Shown here: in pieces, positions 26,372 to 35,424 of the stretch | Position numbering within the stretch: the stretch's first letter is position 1 | Layout of the letters: every line of letters starts with the position of its first letter | NCBI GenBank assembly: GCA_947629325.1 | Contig: CANRDE010000003.1 | Coordinates: 1 to 61,836, forward strand | DNA length: 61,836 nt | Reading direction: 5' to 3' | DNA from: an uncultured Bacilli bacterium | Lineage (GTDB): Bacteria; Bacillota_I; Bacilli_A; RF39; UBA660 | The notes under the pieces: generated by a model | Seen by the model: only the letters and a program-made list of their open reading frames with translations | Told to the model about the DNA's origin: nothing | Databases searched by the model: none | Position numbers and translations under genes: made by a program

Positions 26372-26947
26372 ATGCAAAGTCTGTTAACAAAAAATAAGAA
26401 TTATTTTTTATTTACGGGAATTATTATTCTCATTGGTATTCTAGCAGGAGTTTTGTATTTTCAATTATTAAATAATGATGTTCATGAAAGAATTAAAGAA
26501 ACTATTGTAAGTTTAAATTATTTTAAATCTAATGCTATTTTAAAAGATTTAATTATAATGGCGATTATTTTAGTTTTGACTTTTTTTATTATCGGGGTCC
26601 CTTTAGGAATATTTTTTATATTTTATGAAAGTGTAACAATGGGATTTATTATCAGTGTCTTTTTTTCTATCTATAAAATAAAAGGTTTAGTTTTTGCTAT
26701 TTTATATTTATTGATAACGAGACTTTTAACTTTAATTTTAGTGGTTATATTTATTAAAAAAATTATAAATATAGGCCGTTATATTATAGGATTTTTAATT
26801 TATAAAAAAGATGAAATAATAAAAGAAAAAATTTTATTAAATTTTCGTAATTCTTTATATATAATTATCTTCGTTTTAATTATTAATATTATTTTATATT
26901 TTTCATCTTCTTATATATTAAAACCATTATTTTTTATAATAAAATAA
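26372..26947 (+). CDS. spoIIM: SpoIIM-like (DUF95) polytopic membrane protein
   Basis: 191 aa with about 5 TM segments. Its size and N-terminal pattern (...LFTGIIILIGILAGVLYFQLL..) resemble stage II sporulation protein M. SD GGTGA. Confidence 0.5.
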   Translation: MQSLLTKNKNYFLFTGIIILIGILAGVLYFQLLNNDVHERIKETIVSLNYFKSNAILKDLIIMAIILVLTFFIIGVPLGIFFIFYESVTMGFIISVFFSIYKIKGLVFAILYLLITRLLTLILVVIFIKKIINIGRYIIGFLIYKKDEIIKEKILLNFRNSLYIIIFVLIINIILYFSSSYILKPLFFIIK

Positions 26948-27013
26948 GCAGTAAATTTTTATTTACTATTTATTAAATTCATTATATAATATCTGGCGAG
27001 AAAGAGCATTTGT

Positions 27014-27985
27014 ATGGATTTAATAGATGAAAAAGAAGATAAAAATCTTTATCTTCCACCAATAAAAAAAGTAATTGATAAACTAAAAGAAAGTAATAGG
27101 CAAAGGATCTTTTTGTTAGGTCCGGAAGGCAGTGGAAAAACTACAGTTTTGGATTATTTTCACAATACGCAATCTGATATTAAAAATCCTATTTTTAATC
27201 ATAGTGATTTGGCTTATTATGGAATTCTTACCAATGATACTTTCATTTTTGAATTATATAATACATGTTGTATTTTACAAAAATTAATAAAAAGAATAGC
27301 TATATATGATAATAGCTTATTTTGTACTAACTTTTTTACTTTATTTGGCATCGTTAATAATATTTTGAATAAAATACGTTTAATTTATTCAATTGGCGAA
27401 ATAGATGATATAAGTATACTTGATTTAAAAGAATACGATAGTGCTGAATTAATAAATGAATTTTGGCAGATAGCCAAAAAAGCTTTTGAATCCATAACTC
27501 TAATTTTTGACAATTTTGATGTTCAAGATATTAATGGTAAATTTTGGCAAAAATACATTAATAATTTTTTAAGTAAATATTTTCACATTATAGCAACTAT
27601 ATCAGATATAAATGTTCTAAATAACGCAGATAAAATTGAGTCATTAAATCAAGATAGCGATGTTATATTTATGGATTATAGTTTTGACCGCGAAGTTATA
27701 AAAGAAATTTTAGATCTTTATATTTTTAATTTATATAAAAATGATATAAATGTTTTTACTAAAAGAGTACGGTTTGTTTTATCAGATGAATTAATTGACT
27801 TAATGATTGAGAAAACTAATGGAAATATCTTTATTATATTAGTAACTGTCCAAGTTTTTTACAAAGCCTTAGATATTATTCCTCCCAATGATTATCAAAA
27901 TTTTATCTTAAGTTTTATTGATTTAAACTTTAATAATGAATTTAAAAATGGAAAATCCCAAACTTTAAGAAAATTATATATTTAA
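27014..27985 (+). CDS. orphan P-loop NTPase, family not recognised
   Basis: Walker A LLGPEGSGKTTVLDYF and a Walker B-like ITLIFDNFDV. 323 aa, no TM. Confidence 0.6.
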   Translation: MDLIDEKEDKNLYLPPIKKVIDKLKESNRQRIFLLGPEGSGKTTVLDYFHNTQSDIKNPIFNHSDLAYYGILTNDTFIFELYNTCCILQKLIKRIAIYDNSLFCTNFFTLFGIVNNILNKIRLIYSIGEIDDISILDLKEYDSAELINEFWQIAKKAFESITLIFDNFDVQDINGKFWQKYINNFLSKYFHIIATISDINVLNNADKIESLNQDSDVIFMDYSFDREVIKEILDLYIFNLYKNDINVFTKRVRFVLSDELIDLMIEKTNGNIFIILVTVQVFYKALDIIPPNDYQNFILSFIDLNFNNEFKNGKSQTLRKLYI

Positions 27986-28060
27986 AATGGTTATTTTTGG
28001 TTATTATTGAAAATAAGATGGTTATTTGTTAAAATATTGATTAATGGAAGGTTTATTAAT

Positions 28061-28303
28061 ATGGATAGAACTAGTATTTTTAATGTCGCTGCTTTGAGGC
28101 AAGAAATGATTTTAATAACTTTAAATGAAATAATTTCTTCTTTGGAGAAAAAAGGATATAAAGCGGAAAATCAATTGGTAGGTTTTTTATTAACTGGTGA
28201 TCCTACTTATATTTCCAATTATGAAGGCGCTCGGGAAAAAATAAAAAGTTTAAAAAGAGAGGAAATACTATTAGCCCTAATTAATTCATATGAAGGTAAA
28301 TAG
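28061..28303 (+). CDS. ireB: IreB family regulatory phosphoprotein (DUF965, YrzL-like)
   Basis: LEKKGYKAENQLVGFLLTGDPTYISNYEGAREKI. SD GGAAGG lies before ATG 28061. The ORF-track start 28007 is probably too far upstream. Confidence 0.8.
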   Translation: MDRTSIFNVAALRQEMILITLNEIISSLEKKGYKAENQLVGFLLTGDPTYISNYEGAREKIKSLKREEILLALINSYEGK

Positions 28304-28305
28304 AA

Positions 28306-28734
28306 ATGCGCTATTTAGGATTAGATTTAGGAACCAAAACTTTAGGAATTAGTATTTCGGATAAAACCAATACTTTAGTAAGTCCTTTAAAAGTCTTAAG
28401 ATTTAAAAGTGAAGACTATGAAAGCATCATTGCAGAAGTAAAAGAAATAGTTAATAATTTTAATATTACTTTAGTTATTTTAGGATTACCGAGAAATATG
28501 GATGGTAGCATAGGTTTTGCTGGAAAAAGAAGTTTGTTATTTAAAACATTATTAGAAAAAGAAAAAATTAAAGTAGAGATGGTTGATGAAAGGTTGACTA
28601 CTAAATCAGCCGAAGATATTGTTCATTTAAATAATGAAAATGTTAAAAATACTAAATTTAAAATTGATAGTATTGCTGCATGTATCATTTTAGAAAATTA
28701 TTTAAGGAAGTGCCAAAATGAGACTAAGGAATAG
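28306..28734 (+). CDS. ruvX: Holliday-junction resolvase-like pre-16S rRNA nuclease RuvX (YrrK/YqgF)
   Basis: YLGLDLGTKTLGISISD, LGLPRNMDGS and VDERLTT. Confidence 0.9.
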   Translation: MRYLGLDLGTKTLGISISDKTNTLVSPLKVLRFKSEDYESIIAEVKEIVNNFNITLVILGLPRNMDGSIGFAGKRSLLFKTLLEKEKIKVEMVDERLTTKSAEDIVHLNNENVKNTKFKIDSIAACIILENYLRKCQNETKE

Positions 28735-28921
28735 TAAAGGAAGAGAAAGAAACTTTAAATTAATTTTAAAATTAGAAAAAGAAAATAATACTTATATAGT
28801 ATATCAAGATATAAATACGGGAAATTATTATGCTGGCAAGAAAAAAGGTAAGAAATTATTAATAATTGACGATGACGAAAAAAATTATATTGATAAATAT
28901 TTAGAAAGAATAAGTGGGTAG
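28718..28921 (+). CDS. DUF1292-like small protein (YrzB position)
   Basis: 67-aa ORF in the yrzB position between ruvX and mltG. Sequence similarity to DUF1292 is only loosely recognisable. Confidence 0.55.
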   Translation: MRLRNSKGRERNFKLILKLEKENNTYIVYQDINTGNYYAGKKKGKKLLIIDDDEKNYIDKYLERISG

Positions 28922-28924
28922 TTT

Positions 28925-29965
28925 ATGCGAAAAAGAAAGAAGAAAATAATAATAGTAGTGTCTTTTATGTTAATATTGATTTTGTTAATGGTTAGTCTTT
29001 ATTTTTACGGTTTAACTAGCGTTAGTCATAAGAGTGAAAAAGTAAAATTTACTATTGAGTCGGGCACTAGTACTAAAGAGGTAATTAATAAATTATATGA
29101 AGCGCACTTAATTAAGAGCAAAATTGCCACCTTTATTTACGTTGGTTTAAATCGTAACATTTTAATTAAGGCCGGAGAATATGAATTAGATAGAAATTAT
29201 GATACTAAAGAAATATTTACCGTTTTAGATGAAGGGGATTCAAGTCATAATACTATAACAATTACATTTATTGAAGGCAAAAGGATTGCAGATTATATTT
29301 CTCAAATAAAAGATAAATTTGGTTATAGTGAAGAAGATTTTTTAGCCGTTATGAATGATTCTGAATACCTAAAAGAGCTTATTAATAAGTATGATTTTTT
29401 AGATGAACATATTTTAAATGAACAGTTATATTATCCATTAGAAGGCTATCTTTTCCCCTCAACTTATGAATTTTATAAAGATGCTTCTCTAAAAGATATA
29501 ATTGAAAAAATGCTTGATAAATGTGATAAGGTGTTAGATAATTATAATGCTCTTATAAAAACGAGCGGATATACAACTCATGAAATACTGACAATAGCTA
29601 GTATTGTGGAAAGTGAAGCAAAAAATGCCAAAGATCGTCCTATGGTTAGTCAAGTAATATATAAAAGATTAAATATGAATATGAGTTTAGGAATGGATTC
29701 CACAGCGACTTATGGGGCTAAACGCCCTCTTAATTCTGATACAGTAAATAGTGACGTTAATGAAAAAAATCCATATAATACAAGAGATACTTCTTTTATT
29801 GGTTTACCTATAGGACCAATTTGCAGTCCTAGTGAGGAATCAATTAAAGCAGCATTAAGTCCTAGTGAAACAAACTATGTTTATTTTATATCTGACGGCG
29901 AATTAAATATCCATTTTGCAGAGACTTATAATGAGTTTTTAAAACTAAAGGAAATTTATGGTTAG
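28925..29965 (+). CDS. mltG: endolytic murein transglycosylase MltG (YceG-like)
   Basis: N-terminal TM segment. YEL...TLEGYLFPSTYEF...LTIASIVESEA...PYNTR...GLPIGPICSP. Confidence 0.9.
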   Translation: MRKRKKKIIIVVSFMLILILLMVSLYFYGLTSVSHKSEKVKFTIESGTSTKEVINKLYEAHLIKSKIATFIYVGLNRNILIKAGEYELDRNYDTKEIFTVLDEGDSSHNTITITFIEGKRIADYISQIKDKFGYSEEDFLAVMNDSEYLKELINKYDFLDEHILNEQLYYPLEGYLFPSTYEFYKDASLKDIIEKMLDKCDKVLDNYNALIKTSGYTTHEILTIASIVESEAKNAKDRPMVSQVIYKRLNMNMSLGMDSTATYGAKRPLNSDTVNSDVNEKNPYNTRDTSFIGLPIGPICSPSEESIKAALSPSETNYVYFISDGELNIHFAETYNEFLKLKEIYG

Positions 29966-30571
29966 GTGGTAATTGTGAAACAAACAATTTTAGAAATGGA
30001 AGAATACGCACAGGAAAAGAATGTTCCCATAATTGAAAAAAAATCCATTGCTTTTATAATGAAATATATTAAAGAACATAATGTCAAAAATATTTTAGAA
30101 ATTGGATCTGCTATTGGTTATTCCGCTATCCTTATGGCCAGCGCTAATAGTGATGCTTTTGTCACAACTATTGAACGGGATGAAGAAAGATACATGGAAT
30201 GCCTTAAAAACGTCAAAAGATGTGGCTTAGACAAAAAGATTAATGTGGTTTTTCAAGATGCATTAGATGTTAATTTATCCGAAGAAATAAAGTACGATTT
30301 AATTTTTATTGATGCCGCAAAAGGGCAATATACTAAATTTTTTGAGAAATATAAATACTTTTTGAAAGATACTGGGACTATTATAACTGATAATTTGAAA
30401 TTTCATGGTTATGTGGGCAAATCTCAAAAAATTGAAAGCAAAAATTTAAAAAGCTTAGTAGAAAAAATTGAAAATTATATTGATTTTCTAAAAGATAATG
30501 AAGAATTTGATACTAAATTTTATGATATTGGGGATGGCCTTTCTGTCAGCACTTGGAAAAATGAAAAATAA
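29966..30571 (+). CDS. trmR: SAM-dependent O-methyltransferase, YrrM/TrmR-like (tRNA mo5U34)
   Basis: ILEIGSAIGYSAILMA and DLIFIDAAKGQY. yrrM position. GTG 29975 behind SD AGGTGG is an alternative start. Confidence 0.78.
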   Translation: MVIVKQTILEMEEYAQEKNVPIIEKKSIAFIMKYIKEHNVKNILEIGSAIGYSAILMASANSDAFVTTIERDEERYMECLKNVKRCGLDKKINVVFQDALDVNLSEEIKYDLIFIDAAKGQYTKFFEKYKYFLKDTGTIITDNLKFHGYVGKSQKIESKNLKSLVEKIENYIDFLKDNEEFDTKFYDIGDGLSVSTWKNEK

Positions 30572-31337
30572 AGATATATTAATAACGTTAAACAATTGGC
30601 AAGATAAGGAAGAATTAGAAAAGTTAGGTATTAAGCATTTTGTCTATCCTTTAAAAGGTTTTTGTGTAGGAATGCCTAATACTTTTTTGCTTGAGGAAAT
30701 TCCTAAGGATGGCTATATTTTTATTAATCGAATACTCGATAATAAAGGAATCGATGATTTAAAAAAATTAATAAAAGGTGTTACGCAAAAGGGGCTTATT
30801 TTTGATGATTTAGGTGTATTACAAATAGTCAAGAATTTAAAGATGGAGAAAATCCTTTATTTAAGTCATTTTAATACTAATTCTGAATCTATAAAATTAT
30901 ATTTAGAATATGTTGATTCTGTTATTGTTGCTACTGATATTACGGAAAATGAAATCAAAGAAATAGTAACTTTATTACCTCATAAATTAACTTTATTTAT
31001 TTTAGGATATGTTGGCAGTATGTATTCTAGGCGTTTATTAATTGATAATTATTGCCAATTCCATAAAATCAAGAAAGAAAATCCCTTATATATTTCGAAA
31101 GATGATAAAGGTTTTATTTTATATGAAAATGAATATGGAACAATGTTTTACCATAATAAAATATTTAATGGGCTTCAATTATTAGATTTAGATGCTAAAT
31201 ATTATTTTATAAATGCGCCTTTCTTAAATGCTCATGATATAAAAGATTTAATAGATGAAACATCTAAATTACCCCAAGATAAAGGTTTTTTGGAGACTGA
31301 AACAATATATAAGTTGAAAGGAGAAGCAAATGACTGA
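30561..31337 (+). CDS. peptidase U32-family protein, YrrN/TrhP1-like
   Basis: Located between the yrrM-like and yrrO-like genes, a short U32-like partner subunit. I prefer ATG 30561 (MKNKDILITL) over ORF-track start 30498, which would overlap trmR by 74 nt. Confidence 0.65.
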   Translation: MKNKDILITLNNWQDKEELEKLGIKHFVYPLKGFCVGMPNTFLLEEIPKDGYIFINRILDNKGIDDLKKLIKGVTQKGLIFDDLGVLQIVKNLKMEKILYLSHFNTNSESIKLYLEYVDSVIVATDITENEIKEIVTLLPHKLTLFILGYVGSMYSRRLLIDNYCQFHKIKKENPLYISKDDKGFILYENEYGTMFYHNKIFNGLQLLDLDAKYYFINAPFLNAHDIKDLIDETSKLPQDKGFLETETIYKLKGEAND

Positions 31338-32511
31338 ATTACTTGCTCCAGCTGGAGACTTAGAAAGATTAAAAATAGCACTTCTATATGGGGCCGATGC
31401 GGTCTATTTAGGAGGCAAAGATTATAGTTTAAGAGCTAATGCCAAAAATTTTAGTTTAGAAGAAATGGCGGAAGCTTGTCGTTTTGCTCATCAGTTGCAT
31501 AAAAAAATTTATGTTACAGTTAATATAGTTTTCCATAATAAAAACTTAGATGGTTTAGCTGATTACTTGCAGGATTTAAAAAATATTGGTGTTGATGCGG
31601 TTATTGTGAGTGACATAATTGGGGTAAAGCTTGCTATCCAAAAAGGGTTAGAAGTAATATTATCGACGCAAGCTAGTCTTTTAAATTATGAAGCAATTAA
31701 TTTTTGGAAGAATTTGGGTGTTAAAAGATTTGTATTAGGTAGAGAAGCAACTAGAGATGATATAATTAGAATTAAAAAAGAAACCAATGTGGAATTGGAA
31801 TGCTTTATTCATGGAGCTATGTGTACATCTATAAGTGGTAAATGTGTATTATCAAATTATTGTACAAATAGGGACGCTAATCGAGGGGGATGTGCCCAAA
31901 TTTGTCGTTGGGTATTTAAGACTGATGGGCCCGATTTTACATTTATGAGTAAAGATTTGAATATGGTAACTTATTTGGAAGATATGATTAATATTGGCGT
32001 GGATTCTTTTAAAGTTGAAGGAAGAATGCGATCAATTTATTATATTGCTACTGTTATAAAGTGTTATCGCAAAATTATTGATAAAATAAAAGCCAAATCT
32101 TTAACTATTCAAGATCAAAAATATTATGAATTAATATTAAATCGAGTTGCTAATAGAGATACTATGCCGCAATTTTATCACAAATTTCCTGGTGTCAATG
32201 AAAGTTATTTTCAAGATCGAGTAGAAGTTAGTAATCAAGATTTCTTAGGAATAGTTCTTGATTATGATGAAAAGAAACAAGAAATAATTCTGGAGCAACG
32301 AAATTATTTTAAAAAGGGAGATATTGTAGAATTTATTGGTCCAAATATTGATAATATTACATATACTATTAATACGATTCTAAACGAAGATAATGAAGAA
32401 ATAGATGTTGCTAGACATCCGCAAATGATTGTTAAATTGCCCTTTAAAAAGCGTTTAGATAAGTATTCAATGATGAGAGTAAAAATATTTGACAAAAATG
32501 ATGTTTTATAG
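31330..32511 (+). CDS. peptidase U32-family protein, YrrO/TrhP2-like (tRNA ho5U34 pathway)
   Basis: MTELLAPAGDLERLKIALLYGADAVYLGG, the U32 signature ECFIHGAMCTSISGKCVLS, and NRGGCAQICRW. Confidence 0.85.
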   Translation: MTELLAPAGDLERLKIALLYGADAVYLGGKDYSLRANAKNFSLEEMAEACRFAHQLHKKIYVTVNIVFHNKNLDGLADYLQDLKNIGVDAVIVSDIIGVKLAIQKGLEVILSTQASLLNYEAINFWKNLGVKRFVLGREATRDDIIRIKKETNVELECFIHGAMCTSISGKCVLSNYCTNRDANRGGCAQICRWVFKTDGPDFTFMSKDLNMVTYLEDMINIGVDSFKVEGRMRSIYYIATVIKCYRKIIDKIKAKSLTIQDQKYYELILNRVANRDTMPQFYHKFPGVNESYFQDRVEVSNQDFLGIVLDYDEKKQEIILEQRNYFKKGDIVEFIGPNIDNITYTINTILNEDNEEIDVARHPQMIVKLPFKKRLDKYSMMRVKIFDKNDVL

Positions 32512-32547
32512 TATCATTTTGTAAGCAATAAAAAAGGAGAATTTTTT

Positions 32548-33018
32548 ATGAAAAAAGAAGATTATTTTGAACTAACTGCTGAAGGTTATTTAGAGTTAGA
32601 AACAGAATTAAATGAACTTAAAAATGTGAAGAGAAAAGAAGTTATTATTGCTTTAAAAGAAGCGAGAGCTATGGGAGATTTATCTGAAAATGCCGATTAT
32701 GATGCTGCTCGTAACGATCAAGCCCAAATTGAAGCAAGAATAAAAGAACTTGAATATAAACTTGAACACAGTAAAATTGTAGACACGAGAAAAAAAGGTA
32801 GTGGCATAGGTATTGGTTCTATTGTAACAATTCAAGATGAAGATGGAGACGAAGAAGAATATAAAATTGTTTCTTCTGTAGAAGCCGATCCTTTTAACAA
32901 TAAAATATCTGTGGAATCACCAATTGGGATTGCAATTAAAGGGCATAAAATTGGCGATGAAGTTTTAGTTGATAGTCCGAATGGCGGCTACAACGTTAAA
33001 ATTGTAAATGTTGCATAA
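32548..33018 (+). CDS. greA: transcription elongation factor GreA
   Basis: GDLSENADYDAARNDQAQIEARIKELE and C-terminal ISVESPIGIAIKGHKIGDEV. Confidence 0.95.
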   Translation: MKKEDYFELTAEGYLELETELNELKNVKRKEVIIALKEARAMGDLSENADYDAARNDQAQIEARIKELEYKLEHSKIVDTRKKGSGIGIGSIVTIQDEDGDEEEYKIVSSVEADPFNNKISVESPIGIAIKGHKIGDEVLVDSPNGGYNVKIVNVA

Positions 33019-33054
33019 CTTATCACGACTTACAAGTGGTAAGTTTTTTATTTT
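33017..33054 (+). terminator. intrinsic terminator after greA
   Basis: 10-bp stem AACTTATCAC (33017-33026) / GTGGTAAGTT (33036-33045) with one G-U pair, followed by a T-run. Confidence 0.65.
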
Positions 33055-33081
33055 GACTAACAATAACGTTTATAATATAAT
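33053..33081 (+). promoter_or_regulatory. consensus sigmaA promoter of an orphan gene
   Basis: TTGACT (33053-33058), 17-nt spacer, TATAAT (33076-33081). Confidence 0.6.
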
Positions 33082-33103
33082 GAAAATAGAAGTGAGGTTT
33101 GAA

Positions 33104-33952
33104 ATGACGATAAATAATTATATTCGAAAAGGCGCAGATTTTGATGGAATGCCAGTTATTATAATGAATTCGCAAGATCAAAAAGAAATTGAAATTAACT
33201 TAATTAATCTGTTTGGTAATGTTAATCGATTTGCTTATTTATTAGGTTGTATACTGGGCGAAAATGTAAGTACGGTTAGAATGGAAAAAACGGATTTTTC
33301 TAATTTATATGAACTTTTTCTAAGTAACGAAAGTGATCCCATAACTTTATACATTGATCTAGAGAATCATCATATTGTTACTAGAAGTAATAATCAAGTT
33401 AAAAGATTTAATTGTGAAGGTAAAATTTCCTTAAAAGAATATCAAAATGCTATGATAAATAATAAAACTGGTCAAGTGCAAATAGTCAAAATGCTATTTA
33501 ATGAAGATGAAACCATTTTATCTGTGCAAAATGATAAGGATACTCTCATGATTAAATCATTTTTTATGCCTGGTACTGAAAAAGAAGAAGATATGGCTCT
33601 TCCCGATTTTGACATGTTAGAGTATTATTTAATGGGATATAAGTTACCAATTACTAATTCTTATGGATTTTATGTGGATATCTTAACTTATCTTAATTTC
33701 CCTTTATGTAAAGGCCATAAGGTAGAAATAAAAATTAATGATGCTGAAACTTTTATAGTGGAGGCCAATTTACAGGATGGAAAAGTAAAATATTCTTTAC
33801 AAAATAATCAAGTGACGATAATAAATGAACAAGATAAAAATTATGTAAATTTAGATTTATTTAATGATGCTTCTCCTTATGAAATCTTCACTGCAGAGCG
33901 AAATGCTCATCATATAGACCGTTTAATTAGAGAAAAATATAACAAAAAATAA
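33104..33952 (+). CDS. hypothetical soluble protein, no family recognised
   Basis: 282-aa ORF. SD GTGAGGT lies 5 nt before ATG 33104. The ORF-track start 33008 would lie inside the greA terminator and promoter. Confidence 0.65.
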   Translation: MTINNYIRKGADFDGMPVIIMNSQDQKEIEINLINLFGNVNRFAYLLGCILGENVSTVRMEKTDFSNLYELFLSNESDPITLYIDLENHHIVTRSNNQVKRFNCEGKISLKEYQNAMINNKTGQVQIVKMLFNEDETILSVQNDKDTLMIKSFFMPGTEKEEDMALPDFDMLEYYLMGYKLPITNSYGFYVDILTYLNFPLCKGHKVEIKINDAETFIVEANLQDGKVKYSLQNNQVTIINEQDKNYVNLDLFNDASPYEIFTAERNAHHIDRLIREKYNKK

Positions 33953-33954
33953 TT

Positions 33955-33982
33955 TTGATTGAATTAATAAAGCTTTTATAAT
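33955..33982 (+). promoter_or_regulatory. sigmaA promoter of tig
   Basis: TTGATT (33955-33960), 16-nt spacer, TATAAT (33977-33982). Confidence 0.55.
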
Positions 33983-34013
33983 ATAATATATAAGTATTTG
34001 AAAGAAGGATAAT

Positions 34014-35264
34014 ATGAAAAATGTACATGAAATTGAAATCAAACTAGAAGGCGAAAGATGGACAAAATGTTTAGATAAAGCTTTTAAAAAGGCCAATAAA
34101 GATGCTAAAATTGATGGTTTTAGAAAAGGTGCAGCTCCTAAGGATGTGTATTTAAAGAAATATGGAATTGAATCTTTATATCCGGAAGCTGTTAATGAAG
34201 GTATAAATGAAGCTTATAAAGAATTATTGGAAAAAAATGATTTACAACCAGTTATTGAACCAGCTGTTGATGTTACCGGTATTTCAGATAGTTCTGTAAT
34301 TTATAAATTTACTATTATTACTAAGCCAGAAATAAAATTAACAAGTTATAAAAATTTAGGTATTAAAAAAGAAAAAGCTAAAGTTTCAAAAGAGGAATTA
34401 AATTCTGAGATTGAAAATTTACGAAAAAATTTAGCCGAAATAATTGTCAAAGAAGATGGCGTAGTTAGTGAGGGCGATACAGTAGTCATTGATTTTGATG
34501 GCTTGGTTGATGGTAAACCGTTAGAAGGTGGCAAAGGAGAAAATTATCCTTTAGAAATTGGCTCTCATACATTTATTCCGGGATTTGAAGAAGGTTTAAT
34601 TGGCCATAAAACGAATGATGAAGTCGAACTTAATTTAACCTTCCCAGAAAATTATGTGGAAGATTTAAAAAATAAAGATGTTACTTTTAAAGTTAAAATA
34701 AACGAAATTAAAACTAAAGTTTTGCCTGAAATAAATGAAGATTTTTATAAAGATTTAGGCCTTGATGATATAAAAACTAAAGAAGAATTTGAAAAAGAAG
34801 TAGAAAAAACAATAAAAGATCGCAAAGATGCCGAAAATGAAGATAAATTTATTGATGACTTATTAGCTAAAGCTACTGAAAATTTAGAAGTGGAAATAAA
34901 TCCTGAAATTATTTCAGAAGAAGTTCATCGAATGATTGACGGCTATGCAAGACAATTAAAAGCTCAAGGAATTGATATAGAGCAATATTATCAATTAACA
35001 GGTACTACTCATGATGATTTACATAAACAAATGGAACCCGAAGCGATAAAAAGAATAAAATATCGTTATATAATTGAAACAATAGCTGAGGAAGAAAAAA
35101 TTGATTTTACTGAGAAAGAAGTTGAAGCCAAGGCTAAAGAGATGGCTGAAAATTATGGTATATCTGTAGAAGAATTGATTGGAGCTTATGGTACATTAGA
35201 AGTTGTGAAATACGATATGAAGATGCATAAAGCTCTAGAAATACTAAAAGAATCAAATAAATAG
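34014..35264 (+). CDS. tig: trigger factor
   Basis: GFRKGAAPKDV ribosome-binding loop and FKBP-type PPIase segment VVIDFDGLVDGKPLEGGKGENYPLEIGSHTFIPGFEEGLIG. Confidence 0.95.
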   Translation: MKNVHEIEIKLEGERWTKCLDKAFKKANKDAKIDGFRKGAAPKDVYLKKYGIESLYPEAVNEGINEAYKELLEKNDLQPVIEPAVDVTGISDSSVIYKFTIITKPEIKLTSYKNLGIKKEKAKVSKEELNSEIENLRKNLAEIIVKEDGVVSEGDTVVIDFDGLVDGKPLEGGKGENYPLEIGSHTFIPGFEEGLIGHKTNDEVELNLTFPENYVEDLKNKDVTFKVKINEIKTKVLPEINEDFYKDLGLDDIKTKEEFEKEVEKTIKDRKDAENEDKFIDDLLAKATENLEVEINPEIISEEVHRMIDGYARQLKAQGIDIEQYYQLTGTTHDDLHKQMEPEAIKRIKYRYIIETIAEEEKIDFTEKEVEAKAKEMAENYGISVEELIGAYGTLEVVKYDMKMHKALEILKESNK

Positions 35265-35284
35265 TAAACGTTAAAATCTAAAAG

Positions 35285-35318
35285 ATCTCATTCTTTTTTA
35301 TAAGAGTGGGATTTTTTT
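35285..35318 (+). terminator. intrinsic terminator after tig
   Basis: 9-bp stem ATCTCATTC / GAGTGGGAT (two G-U pairs) followed by 6 T. Confidence 0.6.
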
Positions 35319-35424
35319 ATATGGGAAATTAATTAATAGTAATTAAACTTAAAATTTGAGCACTATTTTGTTTACAAAAAAGTTTTTTTTCATTATAATA
35401 AAATTTGTATTCGGAGGTGCGATT

